A DNA stretch of 64,000 nt from an uncultured bacterium (GCA_963851445.1 CAWKPH010000001.1:297363-361362); one strand, 5' to 3'; positions 30,576-39,507 are shown, counted from the stretch's first letter. Numbers and translations are program-made. Notes: a model not told the origin generated them from the sequence alone.

Positions 30576-31127
30576 ATGAACAAACCACTCATCACCGGCA
30601 CCCTGGGCTTCCTCGGAGGAGCAGCTTTTGTTGTTATTATCTTCACCACTCCTCATGTCTTTCCCTTGAATGGTCTCTCGGCAAGTGCAGACTCAGCACT
30701 CATCACCGGAAAGGGAATACCAGGACAAATAGACTGTGATCGTCTTGCTATCAATGCTCGTGAAGCAGCGGTGGTGAAGGCCAACACTGCCTATGAGGAG
30801 GCAGTGAACACTGCCTATGCAGCTCGAGGTACTGCGCTCAACAGTGCCTACACCAGCTCCTCCTGGAGCACCGTCGCCTCAGGAGTGAAGACAACCTTCA
30901 CTACTTTCCTCACCAGCATGACCAGCGCCCAGGCTACTCTCAAAACAGCTGACCAAGCAGCAACCAACTCCTACAACGCTGCCGTAACCCTGTGCCAAGC
31001 AAATAACCCTTCTTCGCCGCCAGTTCTTCAGAAGACCCCACCGACCGCCACCACCACTCCACCGACAACCCCCGCACCTCCTACGGGACCTCAGCAGTCT
31101 CTGCCACCTGGCGTGAATCAACAGTAG
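30576..31127 (+). CDS. Membrane-anchored protein with a Pro/Thr-rich C-terminus
   Basis: TM helix followed by an alpha-helical Ala/Thr-rich domain and a PT-rich tail. Confidence 0.35.
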   Translation: MNKPLITGTLGFLGGAAFVVIIFTTPHVFPLNGLSASADSALITGKGIPGQIDCDRLAINAREAAVVKANTAYEEAVNTAYAARGTALNSAYTSSSWSTVASGVKTTFTTFLTSMTSAQATLKTADQAATNSYNAAVTLCQANNPSSPPVLQKTPPTATTTPPTTPAPPTGPQQSLPPGVNQQ

Positions 31128-31154
31128 ATTAAAGATTGCATGTCGAACCTAATG

Positions 31155-31226
31155 TGCTCTCGGTAGGAATCGAACCTACATTACCAGCTCCGCAAGCTAG
31201 CGTCCTATCCATTGAACGACGAGAGC
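31155..31226 (-). tRNA. tRNA-Arg (anticodon GCG)
   Basis: The first 26 nt are identical to the tRNA-Arg at 27476-27547. Perfect acceptor and T stems. Anticodon loop TTGCGGA. Confidence 0.7.
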
Positions 31227-31281
31227 AATACTTCAGGTGAAGTGTTTTTGACTGTACCGTCCTTGCTACCTGTTCGCAAGT

Positions 31282-31755
31282 CTAGAGGCGAATCATTTCA
31301 ACAATTCTGTCGACAACCGACTCCTCATGTTTACCCTCAGGCAAGTGGAGTGCAATATAGTCATATACGTCGACCGGATCGTAGCCAACGATTGGAATTA
31401 AGAGATGCGAAGCCAACAAATGTCGGGTTTTTATGGAAAGAGCAGGAGGGATTGTTTCATCAATGTATTCAAATACTGAAAAATGAAGCATGCGATCGAA
31501 TGGATAGAGCCGCGTATCGATGATGATGCCATGATCGGTGATGGCAAAGCGGTGAATTCGCGGCTTCTTCGCTGCCTGGAGCGCGATAGTGATAGTTGCC
31601 GCAAAGATAACAATGCCGAGCAAAATGTTATTGAAGAGAATGCAGACAATGATGAGTGCCGTTGCAACGATTCCGAGCGCCCAGTACCACTCGGCAGTCT
31701 TTTCATCAGCGGCATATTCCTTCGCATGCCATTCGAAGATGGGAGGACGGGCCAT
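31282..31755 (-). CDS. Membrane protein, unknown function
   Basis: Two TM helices followed by a soluble domain. Confidence 0.35.
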   Translation of the reverse strand: MARPPIFEWHAKEYAADEKTAEWYWALGIVATALIIVCILFNNILLGIVIFAATITIALQAAKKPRIHRFAITDHGIIIDTRLYPFDRMLHFSVFEYIDETIPPALSIKTRHLLASHLLIPIVGYDPVDVYDYIALHLPEGKHEESVVDRIVEMIRL

Positions 31756-31800
31756 ACGAATTATGATACCACTCTGTCTATAGCGTAACTCCGCATTTCA

Positions 31801-32358
31801 TCATTTCTTTTGTATAATTCTTCTTTGCCAGATGCCCATCGGTATACTAAACAAAATACTAATAACGACAATGACGAGAACTGTTGTTTGAAGACTCGAA
31901 GCAAATTCATTCGCGCCGTATACACCAATCCATACGCTCACATACCACACAAGATCACCAAGAATGCTGAAGAAAAGTATTGTCCAAAATGATATGGGAA
32001 GCCATGACGCGATAAATCCAGTAAAAACAGGAAGCGTAAGAATGGTAATGAAAATCAATGCGACTCTCTCGCCATTCTTACCCACGAGCCTTCCCATCTT
32101 TTTTGTCCATCTCGCTACCCAACTCTCAAATTTTGAAGCAGCGAAACGCTTCTGTACCCATTTGCCAAAAATGTAACCCAAATATACCTGAAGGGAAGTG
32201 ATAACGAGCCAGAGTAGGTGAATGAGGATAATTGGATAGTGCGCACGGATTGCCTCAAGTATGACGTAGGTTGAGGATATAGGTTCTTGAAAGGTTAGTA
32301 CACCCGCAAGGAGAAGCCAAAGCTGCATAGGTTCAATTCTACTCCAGAGATAGAACAT
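31801..32358 (-). CDS. DedA/TVP38-family membrane protein
   Basis: Polytopic membrane protein of about 185 aa with DedA-like topology. Confidence 0.45.
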   Translation of the reverse strand: MFYLWSRIEPMQLWLLLAGVLTFQEPISSTYVILEAIRAHYPIILIHLLWLVITSLQVYLGYIFGKWVQKRFAASKFESWVARWTKKMGRLVGKNGERVALIFITILTLPVFTGFIASWLPISFWTILFFSILGDLVWYVSVWIGVYGANEFASSLQTTVLVIVVISILFSIPMGIWQRRIIQKK

Positions 32359-32508
32359 CCGCGTAGCAACTGTTTAGAATTCAGTAGATTTTCAATTTTT
32401 GACATATGATTGACACAAAATCAACTTCGTGTTAGATTCTCATCGGACTGCGCCAATTCTGGCGCACGTTCTATTTCTTCAAAACCAACCCAAACTACGG
32501 AGGGCCAA

Positions 32509-32886
32509 ATGGCTCAAATCACCACTTTCCTCGTGTCCGGCACCAGTGTCTCCCCGATGCTGCAGAACCCGATGACCGACGAGGTGCTCAACGAGCTCCT
32601 CGGCGGCAAGTCGGCCCGCAAGGGCGTCCAGACCGACATCTCGGTCGAGGACCGCGCCAAAAAGAAGCTCTGCCTCGGCCCGAACGGCGAGTTCGGCTTC
32701 CCGGCCAACTACCTGTTCGCCGCGCTGATCGACGCTGGGCGCCACGTGCAGTACGAGGGCAAGAGCAAGGTCTCCACCCGTGAGACCTCGCTGCTGCCGG
32801 CGTTCTTGTCGATCATCCCCGATGTTGTCAACGACGAGGGCGATGGTTTCATCCCGTTCCTCGACCAGTCGATCACTACGGGGTGA
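32509..32886 (+). CDS. High-GC (about 62%) small protein, 125 aa, unknown function; N-terminus reminiscent of RAMP proteins
   Basis: Strong RBS GGAGG-N6-ATG. Third codon positions are almost all G/C, unlike the host. Sequence: MAQITTFLVSGTSVSPML...LCLGPNGEFGFPANYLFAALIDAGRHVQYEGK. Confidence 0.5.
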   Translation: MAQITTFLVSGTSVSPMLQNPMTDEVLNELLGGKSARKGVQTDISVEDRAKKKLCLGPNGEFGFPANYLFAALIDAGRHVQYEGKSKVSTRETSLLPAFLSIIPDVVNDEGDGFIPFLDQSITTG

Positions 32887-32889
32887 AGG

Positions 32890-33500
32890 CTGGTAATAGC
32901 ATTCACCAATTTCTTAAGGAGCTGTTACGTGACGTTGGCTTCGGTAGCCCGAGGTTTCGTTACCTGTGGTGAACTAACGTGTGGGGCGCAGATAGGTTTC
33001 TGTGCCAATCGTTGTGCTTAGGTTGTGCCAAGCAACGCGGACTCAAGCATGCTAACGCTCACTCAACTACGGGGCGCGAGCTCTTCGCGCCGTTACTTAA
33101 CGTACAGTGGAGGTTAGGCCTGGTTTACAAATGCTATGTGCGGGGTGATAAGCCTAAAAACTTGGTACCAATACATATAGCTTGGAACACCCCGGTGCAC
33201 TTCGCTAATCTTATCCGGAGCATTGTAGGGTTAGGGGCGGGAGAGCTGTTTTCCGCCAGTATTTTGGGTAACGTCGGGTTCGCATCGGTCGAGCAAACTT
33301 TTGTCGCCTAACGCACGCTACGCCTACGTCGACTACGGAACGGTTTTCCTTCGGGAAGCCCGTTAAACTTTTATGCCAACAACAGGTTCCTCGGACGCTA
33401 AGCACCCGTGTGGTGAGGAATCATGAGGCTATTCTAACGCATCTAGAAGTGGAAGACGGGGCACTCGGATCGCTCGGTAAGGCATTGGCTCTGACCTTGA
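32890..33500 (+). ncRNA. Candidate large structured non-coding RNA (ORF-free, GC-rich, many stable hairpins); strand unknown
   Basis: About 610 nt carry only short, compositionally implausible ORFs. Several perfect stems are present: GGCT tcggt AGCC, GGCGCGA gctct TCGCGCC, CGG..TTCC TTCG GGAA..CCG (UUCG tetraloop). Confidence 0.3.
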
Positions 33501-33508
33501 GAAGAAAC

Positions 33509-34132
33509 TTAAGACTCTCTGGATTTCTTCGGTACACCAAAATAAACTTGTAACGTTTTTTGTCCGGCAATGGCAAGAGCGATAGAGCGCATACAGCCGT
33601 CATCAATATCACCTTTCATCTTTCGTTTTAATCCTTTTCTACCCTGTGTTCCGGTCCCGCCTTTAAAAACTATTGGGTAGAGGTACTTCTCGTTTTGAAG
33701 ATCATGAACGTTTGTCACAAGAATATTTGGAATAGTGTGCCCCGCACGTTTAGTGATGGGTCTCGAATTAGTGTGCAGTGCGTGGCGAACCTTGTCCGCT
33801 GTCTCTTTAAGTGAGCCATTGGTCCAGGAAAGAGGAAGGCCTCCGGCTCGCTTCCATACCCCTATTTCAGTTATCTGCACTTCTGCAAGATACCAATCAC
33901 TAGTGTTAAATGCTTGGACTCGCCGCTTCCATTCCCCGGCAATGATGATTCTGTCGAGCTGAGCTGTCGTGAATTTGAGAACTCTTTTCTTTGCACTAGC
34001 GAGTTTCGATGCGTATTGTCTCGGAGTGATTTTGCCCAAGTAGCGATGATTGTCCCGTTGAGAGCGAATTAACTTAGGGATGACGAAGGCTCGTTTGACC
34101 TCTCGGAGAGCCACCTTCTTGATGAGCTTCAT
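33509..34132 (-). CDS. Hypothetical basic protein, 207 aa, with a Gly-rich motif (KGGTGTQGRKG...GDIDDG) near the C-terminus
   Basis: Host-like GC. No confident family assignment. Transcribed divergently from the CooC-like ATPase gene. Confidence 0.4.
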   Translation of the reverse strand: MKLIKKVALREVKRAFVIPKLIRSQRDNHRYLGKITPRQYASKLASAKKRVLKFTTAQLDRIIIAGEWKRRVQAFNTSDWYLAEVQITEIGVWKRAGGLPLSWTNGSLKETADKVRHALHTNSRPITKRAGHTIPNILVTNVHDLQNEKYLYPIVFKGGTGTQGRKGLKRKMKGDIDDGCMRSIALAIAGQKTLQVYFGVPKKSRES

Positions 34133-34217
34133 GGGCTTACTTTAGCACCAAGGTCCTAACCCTATGCAGATTGTGTTGGTGGAATAGGAACTGGAATTGA
34201 GGCTACCTTATGAGCAG

Positions 34218-34278
34218 ATGCAAAATACTTGCATTTATGAAATACGTCGGCTACTATGTATATGCAAGTATTTTGCAT
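34218..34278. promoter_or_regulatory. Two 17-bp palindromes ATGCAAAATACTTGCAT / ATGCAAGTATTTTGCAT (exact reverse complements), ending 2 nt before the ATPase start codon
   Basis: Each site is ATGCAA-N5-TTGCAT. The same motif occurs at 47720-47736 and 48251-48267 in the zur-zupT locus. Confidence 0.55.
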
Positions 34279-34280
34279 AT

Positions 34281-35246
34281 ATGAAAATCGCTTTTGTTGG
34301 TAAGGGAGGATCAGGGAAAACAACACTCACCAGTCTTCTGACGCGGACACTTGCTGCACGCAATTTTCCCGTGTTAGCCATAGATGCGGACATTAATCAG
34401 CACCTGCCAGAATCACTAGGTTTCAACGGGGTAGAAGCCAAGGCTATACCTCCTATGGGTATAGAGATAGACAAACTAAAGGAGTATGTAAGGGGGGACA
34501 ATGTTCACATTGCTTCTTCAGAAGAAATTATAAAGACCACCCCACCAGGTCCAGGATCGCGCCTTCTTACCGTCACCGGAAGCAATCCTATCTATGAGTA
34601 TTTCTCTCGTGAAAAAGACGGTGTTCGTATTATGGCTGTCGGTCCATTCACTGAAGAAGACATTGGAGTGAAGTGTTATCACTCGAAAACCGGCTCTGTT
34701 GAGTTACTACTCAACCACCTCATTGATCGCACAGGCGAATACGTGCTGGTTGATATGACAGCTGGAGCGGATTCATTTGCCTCAGGACTCTTTACTCGTT
34801 TCGATGTGACCTTCGTTGCGGTCGAGCCGACGGTGAAATCAGTCAGCGTATTTGAGCAATATAAACAACATGCCGCCGGGTATGGACTTTGCATCAAAGC
34901 CGTGGGAACCAAAGTACGAGATGAAAATGATCTTGAATTCTTGAGGGAGCGACTTGGCAGCAATCTCATAGCGCATCTTACCTTGTCCGATTACATTCGT
35001 GCGCAAGAGCGCGGAGTGATCTTACCAATATCCGAACTCGAGAAAGAGAATGCAGAAGCGATCACCACTCTTATCAAGTTCATCGATTCTCAAGAGAAAG
35101 ACTGGACTCGCTTTTATGCTCAAGCTCTCGAGTTTCATCGCAAGAACGCCGCGAGCTGGGCCAACGAATCGTACGGGAAAGACCTTGTCTCTCAGATAGA
35201 CTCGTCCTTTGATCTAGCAGCAAAAGTTCACGCGCTCAGCAACTAG
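34281..35246 (+). CDS. CooC/MinD/ParA-superfamily P-loop ATPase (deviant Walker A)
   Basis: MKIAFVGKGGSGKTTLTSLL carries the deviant Walker A xKGGxGK[ST]T. The CooC-like body matches the CO-dehydrogenase-maturation-factor family. Confidence 0.6.
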   Translation: MKIAFVGKGGSGKTTLTSLLTRTLAARNFPVLAIDADINQHLPESLGFNGVEAKAIPPMGIEIDKLKEYVRGDNVHIASSEEIIKTTPPGPGSRLLTVTGSNPIYEYFSREKDGVRIMAVGPFTEEDIGVKCYHSKTGSVELLLNHLIDRTGEYVLVDMTAGADSFASGLFTRFDVTFVAVEPTVKSVSVFEQYKQHAAGYGLCIKAVGTKVRDENDLEFLRERLGSNLIAHLTLSDYIRAQERGVILPISELEKENAEAITTLIKFIDSQEKDWTRFYAQALEFHRKNAASWANESYGKDLVSQIDSSFDLAAKVHALSN

Positions 35247-35273
35247 GACTCGAGTAGTACCGAGTCTTAGTTG
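35240..35273 (+). terminator. 13-bp stem hairpin overlapping the ATPase stop codon (possible terminator or attenuator; no U-run)
   Basis: CAACTAGGACTCG agtagtac CGAGTCTTAGTTG, 12 of 13 base-paired. Confidence 0.3.
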
Positions 35274-35316
35274 CTGGTCACGTGGTGTGATCAGCAGCTT
35301 CATCAGAAGGACTAAC

Positions 35317-35712
35317 ATTATGTCGCTCCCTTCGCTCGAAGGAATCCTCGCCCGTCGCGGCGAGAAACCCTCCCATCTCTCACGCGAAGCGAGGGAGGCG
35401 GCCATTCTGGAAGCCATGCGGCTCGATATGGGTCCAGCTGTGGATCTACTTCACCAGAAGGCCCATGAAGCCGACGAGAACGGCACCGGCAGCGCCGAGA
35501 TCCTCGAAGATCCAGGTTCGCCGCTTGGCAAGCAGCTGACTCGCATCTGCGCTGGCACGATCCTTCGGGGTCTCGCTGAGCGTCACATCACGCACGGCAA
35601 GCCGCTGACCTTCCTCAACTGCTGCAGGATCTTCGTTGGCGAGGCTCCGGACGATCTCGCGCTCGCTCAGATCGAGACGCAGGCCGGCCCGGTCGCCTAC
35701 GCCGACTGTTAA
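35317..35712 (+). CDS. High-GC 130-aa protein, unknown function; downstream partner of the CooC-like ATPase
   Basis: RBS AGAAGGA-N9-ATG. About 62% GC. Acidic, helix-rich sequence. Confidence 0.45.
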   Translation: MMSLPSLEGILARRGEKPSHLSREAREAAILEAMRLDMGPAVDLLHQKAHEADENGTGSAEILEDPGSPLGKQLTRICAGTILRGLAERHITHGKPLTFLNCCRIFVGEAPDDLALAQIETQAGPVAYADC

Positions 35713-35825
35713 CCAAAGAATCTTTTCTGGTTTTCAAACTCAAGCCTCCGCGCTTCCATGCGTCGGAGGTTTTTCTTACTCATGCTTACACTACAAATCA
35801 CTCGGGTCATCCGATACTAAATATA

Positions 35826-35916
35826 GTTGGCGGAGGAGGTGAGATTCGAACTCACGGTGCCTTGCGACACTCTGGTTTTCAAGACCAGCGCGATAGACCA
35901 CTCTGCCACTCCTCCC
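35826..35916 (-). tRNA. tRNA-Ser (anticodon UGA), CCA encoded
   Basis: Class II tRNA with a long variable arm. Anticodon stem CTGGT/ACCAG with loop CTTGAAA. 3' end ...CTCCTCC-G-CCA. Confidence 0.8.
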
Positions 35917-35928
35917 GTGATTTCTACT

Positions 35929-36258
35929 CTACTCGGCTACGACAACTTCTTCAATGATAGTCGTATTCCCAGACAAATCATCACTATCTCCAGATATTGT
36001 TCTATCAGAGCGGAAGAAAAGAAGATATACGATCTCCAAAATGCCAAGCGTGTTCACCACAACGAGTATTACATACCAAACCTTCTGATTATTGCGGGCC
36101 GCGTACCAAAGAGCGAAGCCTTTCCATACGAGCGACCAGATCGCAAGCGCACCAATAATTAAGGCGAACCAAGGGCCGAAGTAAGGCTGCATCATGCCAA
36201 AGCCGAAACCGTTTGCGAACATAGCGTTGTATCCCATATGCCGACATAGTAGCACCAA
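35929..36258 (-). CDS. Small membrane protein (2 TM helices)
   Basis: Hydrophobic ORF of about 100 aa. Confidence 0.35.
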   Translation of the reverse strand: MVLLCRHMGYNAMFANGFGFGMMQPYFGPWFALIIGALAIWSLVWKGFALWYAARNNQKVWYVILVVVNTLGILEIVYLLFFRSDRTISGDSDDLSGNTTIIEEVVVAE

Positions 36259-36318
36259 ACGTGCCTCGCGTCAGTGGCAAGTAGGAGAAGCATTGTAATG
36301 GTGTACCATTCCCTCATG

Positions 36319-36744
36319 CGCTACTTAGGAATTGATTTTGGTACTAAACGCGTGGGTCTCGCCCTTTCAGACGAGTCCGGAGCTATGGGATTCCCCTACG
36401 CCATATATCCGAATAACGGCCTCCTTATCGATGAAATACAGAAACTCATTGCACAAAAGGACGTAAAGGTCGTCATAATAGGGAAGTCCGAAGATTTTGA
36501 AGGGAATGACAACCCTGTCGCAAAGAAGGCAAAGGAATTCGCCTACTTGCTCGAACGTTTGTCAGGCATCACGATTGAATGGGAGCCGGAAATGTATACA
36601 ACCCAGGAAGCTCGGCGGGATTTCGAGGGAGTACGAACCACAACGCATGAATTAGTGGATGCATCAGCCGCAGCTCTTATTCTTACAAGCTATCTTTCCC
36701 GCATTTCCCCAAAGCAATTAGATCCACCAGAAACCGAAGAATAA
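36319..36744 (+). CDS. ruvX: Putative pre-16S rRNA nuclease / Holliday-junction resolvase-like YqgF (RuvX)
   Basis: MRYLGIDFGTKRVGLALSD... is the RNase H-fold YqgF signature. Confidence 0.75.
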   Translation, partial: RYLGIDFGTKRVGLALSDESGAMGFPYAIYPNNGLLIDEIQKLIAQKDVKVVIIGKSEDFEGNDNPVAKKAKEFAYLLERLSGITIEWEPEMYTTQEARRDFEGVRTTTHELVDASAAALILTSYLSRISPKQLDPPETEE

Positions 36745-36758
36745 TTTATACTGCGTAT

Positions 36759-37085
36759 ATGATTTCGATTGATGAGTTTGCAAAGATAGAGGTAAGAGTT
36801 GGGACAGTTCAGCGTGCAGAGCGAGTCCCTGAAACAGATAAGCTATTGCGGCTCATGGTGGACGTTGGAGAAGAAACGCCGCGTCAAATAGTTTCAGGCA
36901 TTAATGAGTATGTAAATGATCCTGCAGAACTCGTCGGAAGGCAGCTTGCGTTTGTTACAAACCTTGAACCGCGCACGATTAAAGGTCTTGAATCTAACGG
37001 CATGCTCTTCGCTGTTGGGAAGGGAGATACATTTGCGTTCATGACACCGGATCGGCAGGTCCCTCCAGGCACGAGTGCACACTAG
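36759..37085 (+). CDS. tRNA-binding domain protein (CsaA/Trbp111-like)
   Basis: IDEFAKIEVRVGTV...VVSGI... is the OB-fold tRNA-binding domain pattern. Confidence 0.6.
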   Translation: MISIDEFAKIEVRVGTVQRAERVPETDKLLRLMVDVGEETPRQIVSGINEYVNDPAELVGRQLAFVTNLEPRTIKGLESNGMLFAVGKGDTFAFMTPDRQVPPGTSAH

Positions 37086-37116
37086 CAAGAAATAATAATC
37101 AACTTTTCGGCACTTT

Positions 37117-38238
37117 TTGCTACAGACGTTACTAAAGAAACGGTATACTGAAGCCATGAGCTCTTTAGGGCAATTCCTTCGTTTACAGTTAGCTCCGCCC
37201 AATTATCTCTCAATGCCAACAGCTGGCATTGATATTTCGGCAAGTGCTATAAAAGCAGTACTTGTGAGTGAACATCCGCATGGTCTTGAACTCGATTACT
37301 TTGTCAGTAAGCCGTTACCTGGGGGAACTGTTTCGAAAGGACAAATAACAGACCCTGCGACGGTTGCCCGCCTACTTAGTGAAATCGCCAGAACTCATAA
37401 GATACAGCGCGCCAATGTCTCACTACCTGAACTTCGGGGGTATCTATTTGAGGCCGATGTCGAAACACATGAGCCGAGAGAGTGGTGTGCTGCCGTTGAG
37501 CAGCATCTTGATGAATACATTCCGCTCCCTCCGGCAGAAGTTTCGTTCGACGTTGTGCCACTTGCCACTCAAGGTGATAAAACACATCTCATTGGGGTTG
37601 GGTACGCAAAGCGTGTTGTTCAAGAACAACTTGCCGTGTTTGATGAAGCACATATTGATACGAGAGCCTTCGAGAGCGAGATATTCGCGCTCCCGCGTGC
37701 ACTTTTACCTTGGGGAAGTACTGAAACGGTACTCATCATCGATATAGGAAAATCAAGTACAAAACTTCTATTCGTTTCTAATTTCTTGCCGCGCCTTGCG
37801 ACCACACTCGATATTGGGGGGCACTCACTTACCCTCGCGGTGCAGAAATATTTTGGGGTAACCGAAGAAGAGGCTAAACAAGTAAAAGCAGAACGAGGTC
37901 TTATTGTTGGTACGGGTAGTGACGAATATGTAGCAGCCATGCTCTCGAGTGTGTCAGTCATTCGCGAAGAAATTCTACGCCGTCTTGATTACTGGGAATC
38001 GAGAAAGGCCTCAACAGCGCTTTACGAGCCAGTCACGCGCGCGATACTCATCGGCGGAAATGCAAACGTGCGAGGTCTCCCTGAGTATCTTGAGTCCGCG
38101 CTCAAGATCCCCGTTGAGACCGGAGACGTTTTCACAAACTTCACATCGCGTACGAATTGGTTGCCGCCAATCGACTTCAACGAGTCACTCATGTACGCAA
38201 CTGCTATAGGTCTTGCGCTTCGCCGCTATGAGTATTGA
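37117..38238 (+). CDS. pilM: Type IV pilus assembly protein PilM (actin-like ATPase)
   Basis: GIDISASAIKAV... and later an actin/HSP70-fold motif (IIDIGKSSTKL). Confidence 0.65.
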   Translation: MLQTLLKKRYTEAMSSLGQFLRLQLAPPNYLSMPTAGIDISASAIKAVLVSEHPHGLELDYFVSKPLPGGTVSKGQITDPATVARLLSEIARTHKIQRANVSLPELRGYLFEADVETHEPREWCAAVEQHLDEYIPLPPAEVSFDVVPLATQGDKTHLIGVGYAKRVVQEQLAVFDEAHIDTRAFESEIFALPRALLPWGSTETVLIIDIGKSSTKLLFVSNFLPRLATTLDIGGHSLTLAVQKYFGVTEEEAKQVKAERGLIVGTGSDEYVAAMLSSVSVIREEILRRLDYWESRKASTALYEPVTRAILIGGNANVRGLPEYLESALKIPVETGDVFTNFTSRTNWLPPIDFNESLMYATAIGLALRRYEY

Positions 38239-38788
38239 ACGCACCAATCTACTCCCAACGCCAAGAATCAAAATGGCGCGCCGTAATTATTTCTTACGGC
38301 TCACTACGGTTGCGGTGCTTCTGTTGGCACTTCTCGTCGTAGTAGAGGCAGTCTTCCTTCTTCCCACCTATTTGTATCTTAAGCAGAAAGAAAACGCTGC
38401 TGCTACGCAGCTCTCCCAGTTAAGTGCCTCATCACAAACCAGTGGTGAGAAAAGCGTGGAAGCGCAGCTAAATATCCTTCAGTCAGAAGCGGGCTATCTC
38501 GCAAAGCTTAATCAAGCTTCCTCAGCAAGCGCAACTATTCGTGCACTACTGGCAGTTCCGCGCGTTGGAGTAACCCTAGACGGGTTCACATTCACCCCGG
38601 CCTCAAATGGTACCCCCGCCACCACAGAATTATCGGGTATCGCAACCACACGCGAAGCCTTGCAGAGCTATAACACCGCACTTGGGCAACTTCCTTTTGT
38701 CTCGAGTGCAAATTTTCCTATCGGTGACTATGCACAGGAGTCAAATATCCAATTCACGATAACCCTCACGGGAGCACTGACGCCATGA
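38228..38788 (+). CDS. pilN: PilN-like bitopic membrane protein
   Basis: Short cytoplasmic N-terminus, one TM helix, coiled-coil periplasmic domain. Directly follows pilM. Confidence 0.5.
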   Translation: MSIERTNLLPTPRIKMARRNYFLRLTTVAVLLLALLVVVEAVFLLPTYLYLKQKENAAATQLSQLSASSQTSGEKSVEAQLNILQSEAGYLAKLNQASSASATIRALLAVPRVGVTLDGFTFTPASNGTPATTELSGIATTREALQSYNTALGQLPFVSSANFPIGDYAQESNIQFTITLTGALTP

Positions 38789-39507
38789 TGACTAACCGAC
38801 CGCTGACACAACTCGCAACTGCGTTACTCATTCTCCTAATCGTGCTTGGCGTGTATCTTTTCTGGTATGCGCAAGTTGGGGCAGAAACTAGAAAGATAGG
38901 AATAATGGAAGCTCAAATTCAAACGCAAACGCAAGCGAGTTCGCATATCGACCTTATCAAGTCTCAGCTCAATGATCTGAACACCGGCCAGGAAGCAATT
39001 AGCCAATATTTTGTCTCAACCAACAACGTCGTGCCGTACCTTGAAGGTCTACAGGCAACGGGTCAATTCTTCGGTTCCAATGTCACAATAGCCTCGGTTT
39101 CCGCAACCCCGGGGACGTTCTACGGAAAACTAGATCTCTCACTCACGATCTCGGGCCCGTTCTCCGCAGTTGTACGGACACTTGGTGCCATTGAGTATCA
39201 GCCATACGACACGACGATCAACACACTTTCCCTCGACACCACACCTTCTTCAGGTGGAAGCACTCCTTCAGCATCACAGTGGACTGCAAACGCCGACTTT
39301 TTTGTTGGGACCGTAAATGACACAGCAAGCATTGCGCCCGCAAGTGTTCCTATAAGCGCTACATCAAGCATCCCCGTGAATACTGTAACGAGTGAAGTGA
39401 GTACGACGACCAGCACAGTAAATATTCCCCCTGTAACAGCTCCGAGCCAAGCAAGCCCACTGAACCCGAGCCCACCGAGCGTAACGGGACCATCTGCAAC
39501 CATATGA
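38785..39507 (+). CDS. pilO: PilO-like bitopic membrane protein
   Basis: TM helix plus coiled coil. Third gene of the pilMNO arrangement. S/T/P-rich tail. Confidence 0.45.
   Translation: MMTNRPLTQLATALLILLIVLGVYLFWYAQVGAETRKIGIMEAQIQTQTQASSHIDLIKSQLNDLNTGQEAISQYFVSTNNVVPYLEGLQATGQFFGSNVTIASVSATPGTFYGKLDLSLTISGPFSAVVRTLGAIEYQPYDTTINTLSLDTTPSSGGSTPSASQWTANADFFVGTVNDTASIAPASVPISATSSIPVNTVTSEVSTTTSTVNIPPVTAPSQASPLNPSPPSVTGPSATI

Noticed and set aside
32979-33612. ORFs 32979..33311, 33211..33405 and 33421..33612 within the 0.6-kb high-GC gap
   Set aside because: Each has a Cys/Arg-rich composition typical of an out-of-frame reading of GC-rich DNA, with no RBS and no domain pattern. The region is better explained as non-coding (candidate structured RNA).
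32360-35825. Direct repeat of the tRNA-Ser 3' end marking the far boundary (att site) of island 1
   Set aside because: No match longer than a few nt to TGGCGGAGGAGGTGAGATTCGAA was found by eye anywhere in 31.8-32.6 kb. The boundary is therefore inferred only from the GC shift.
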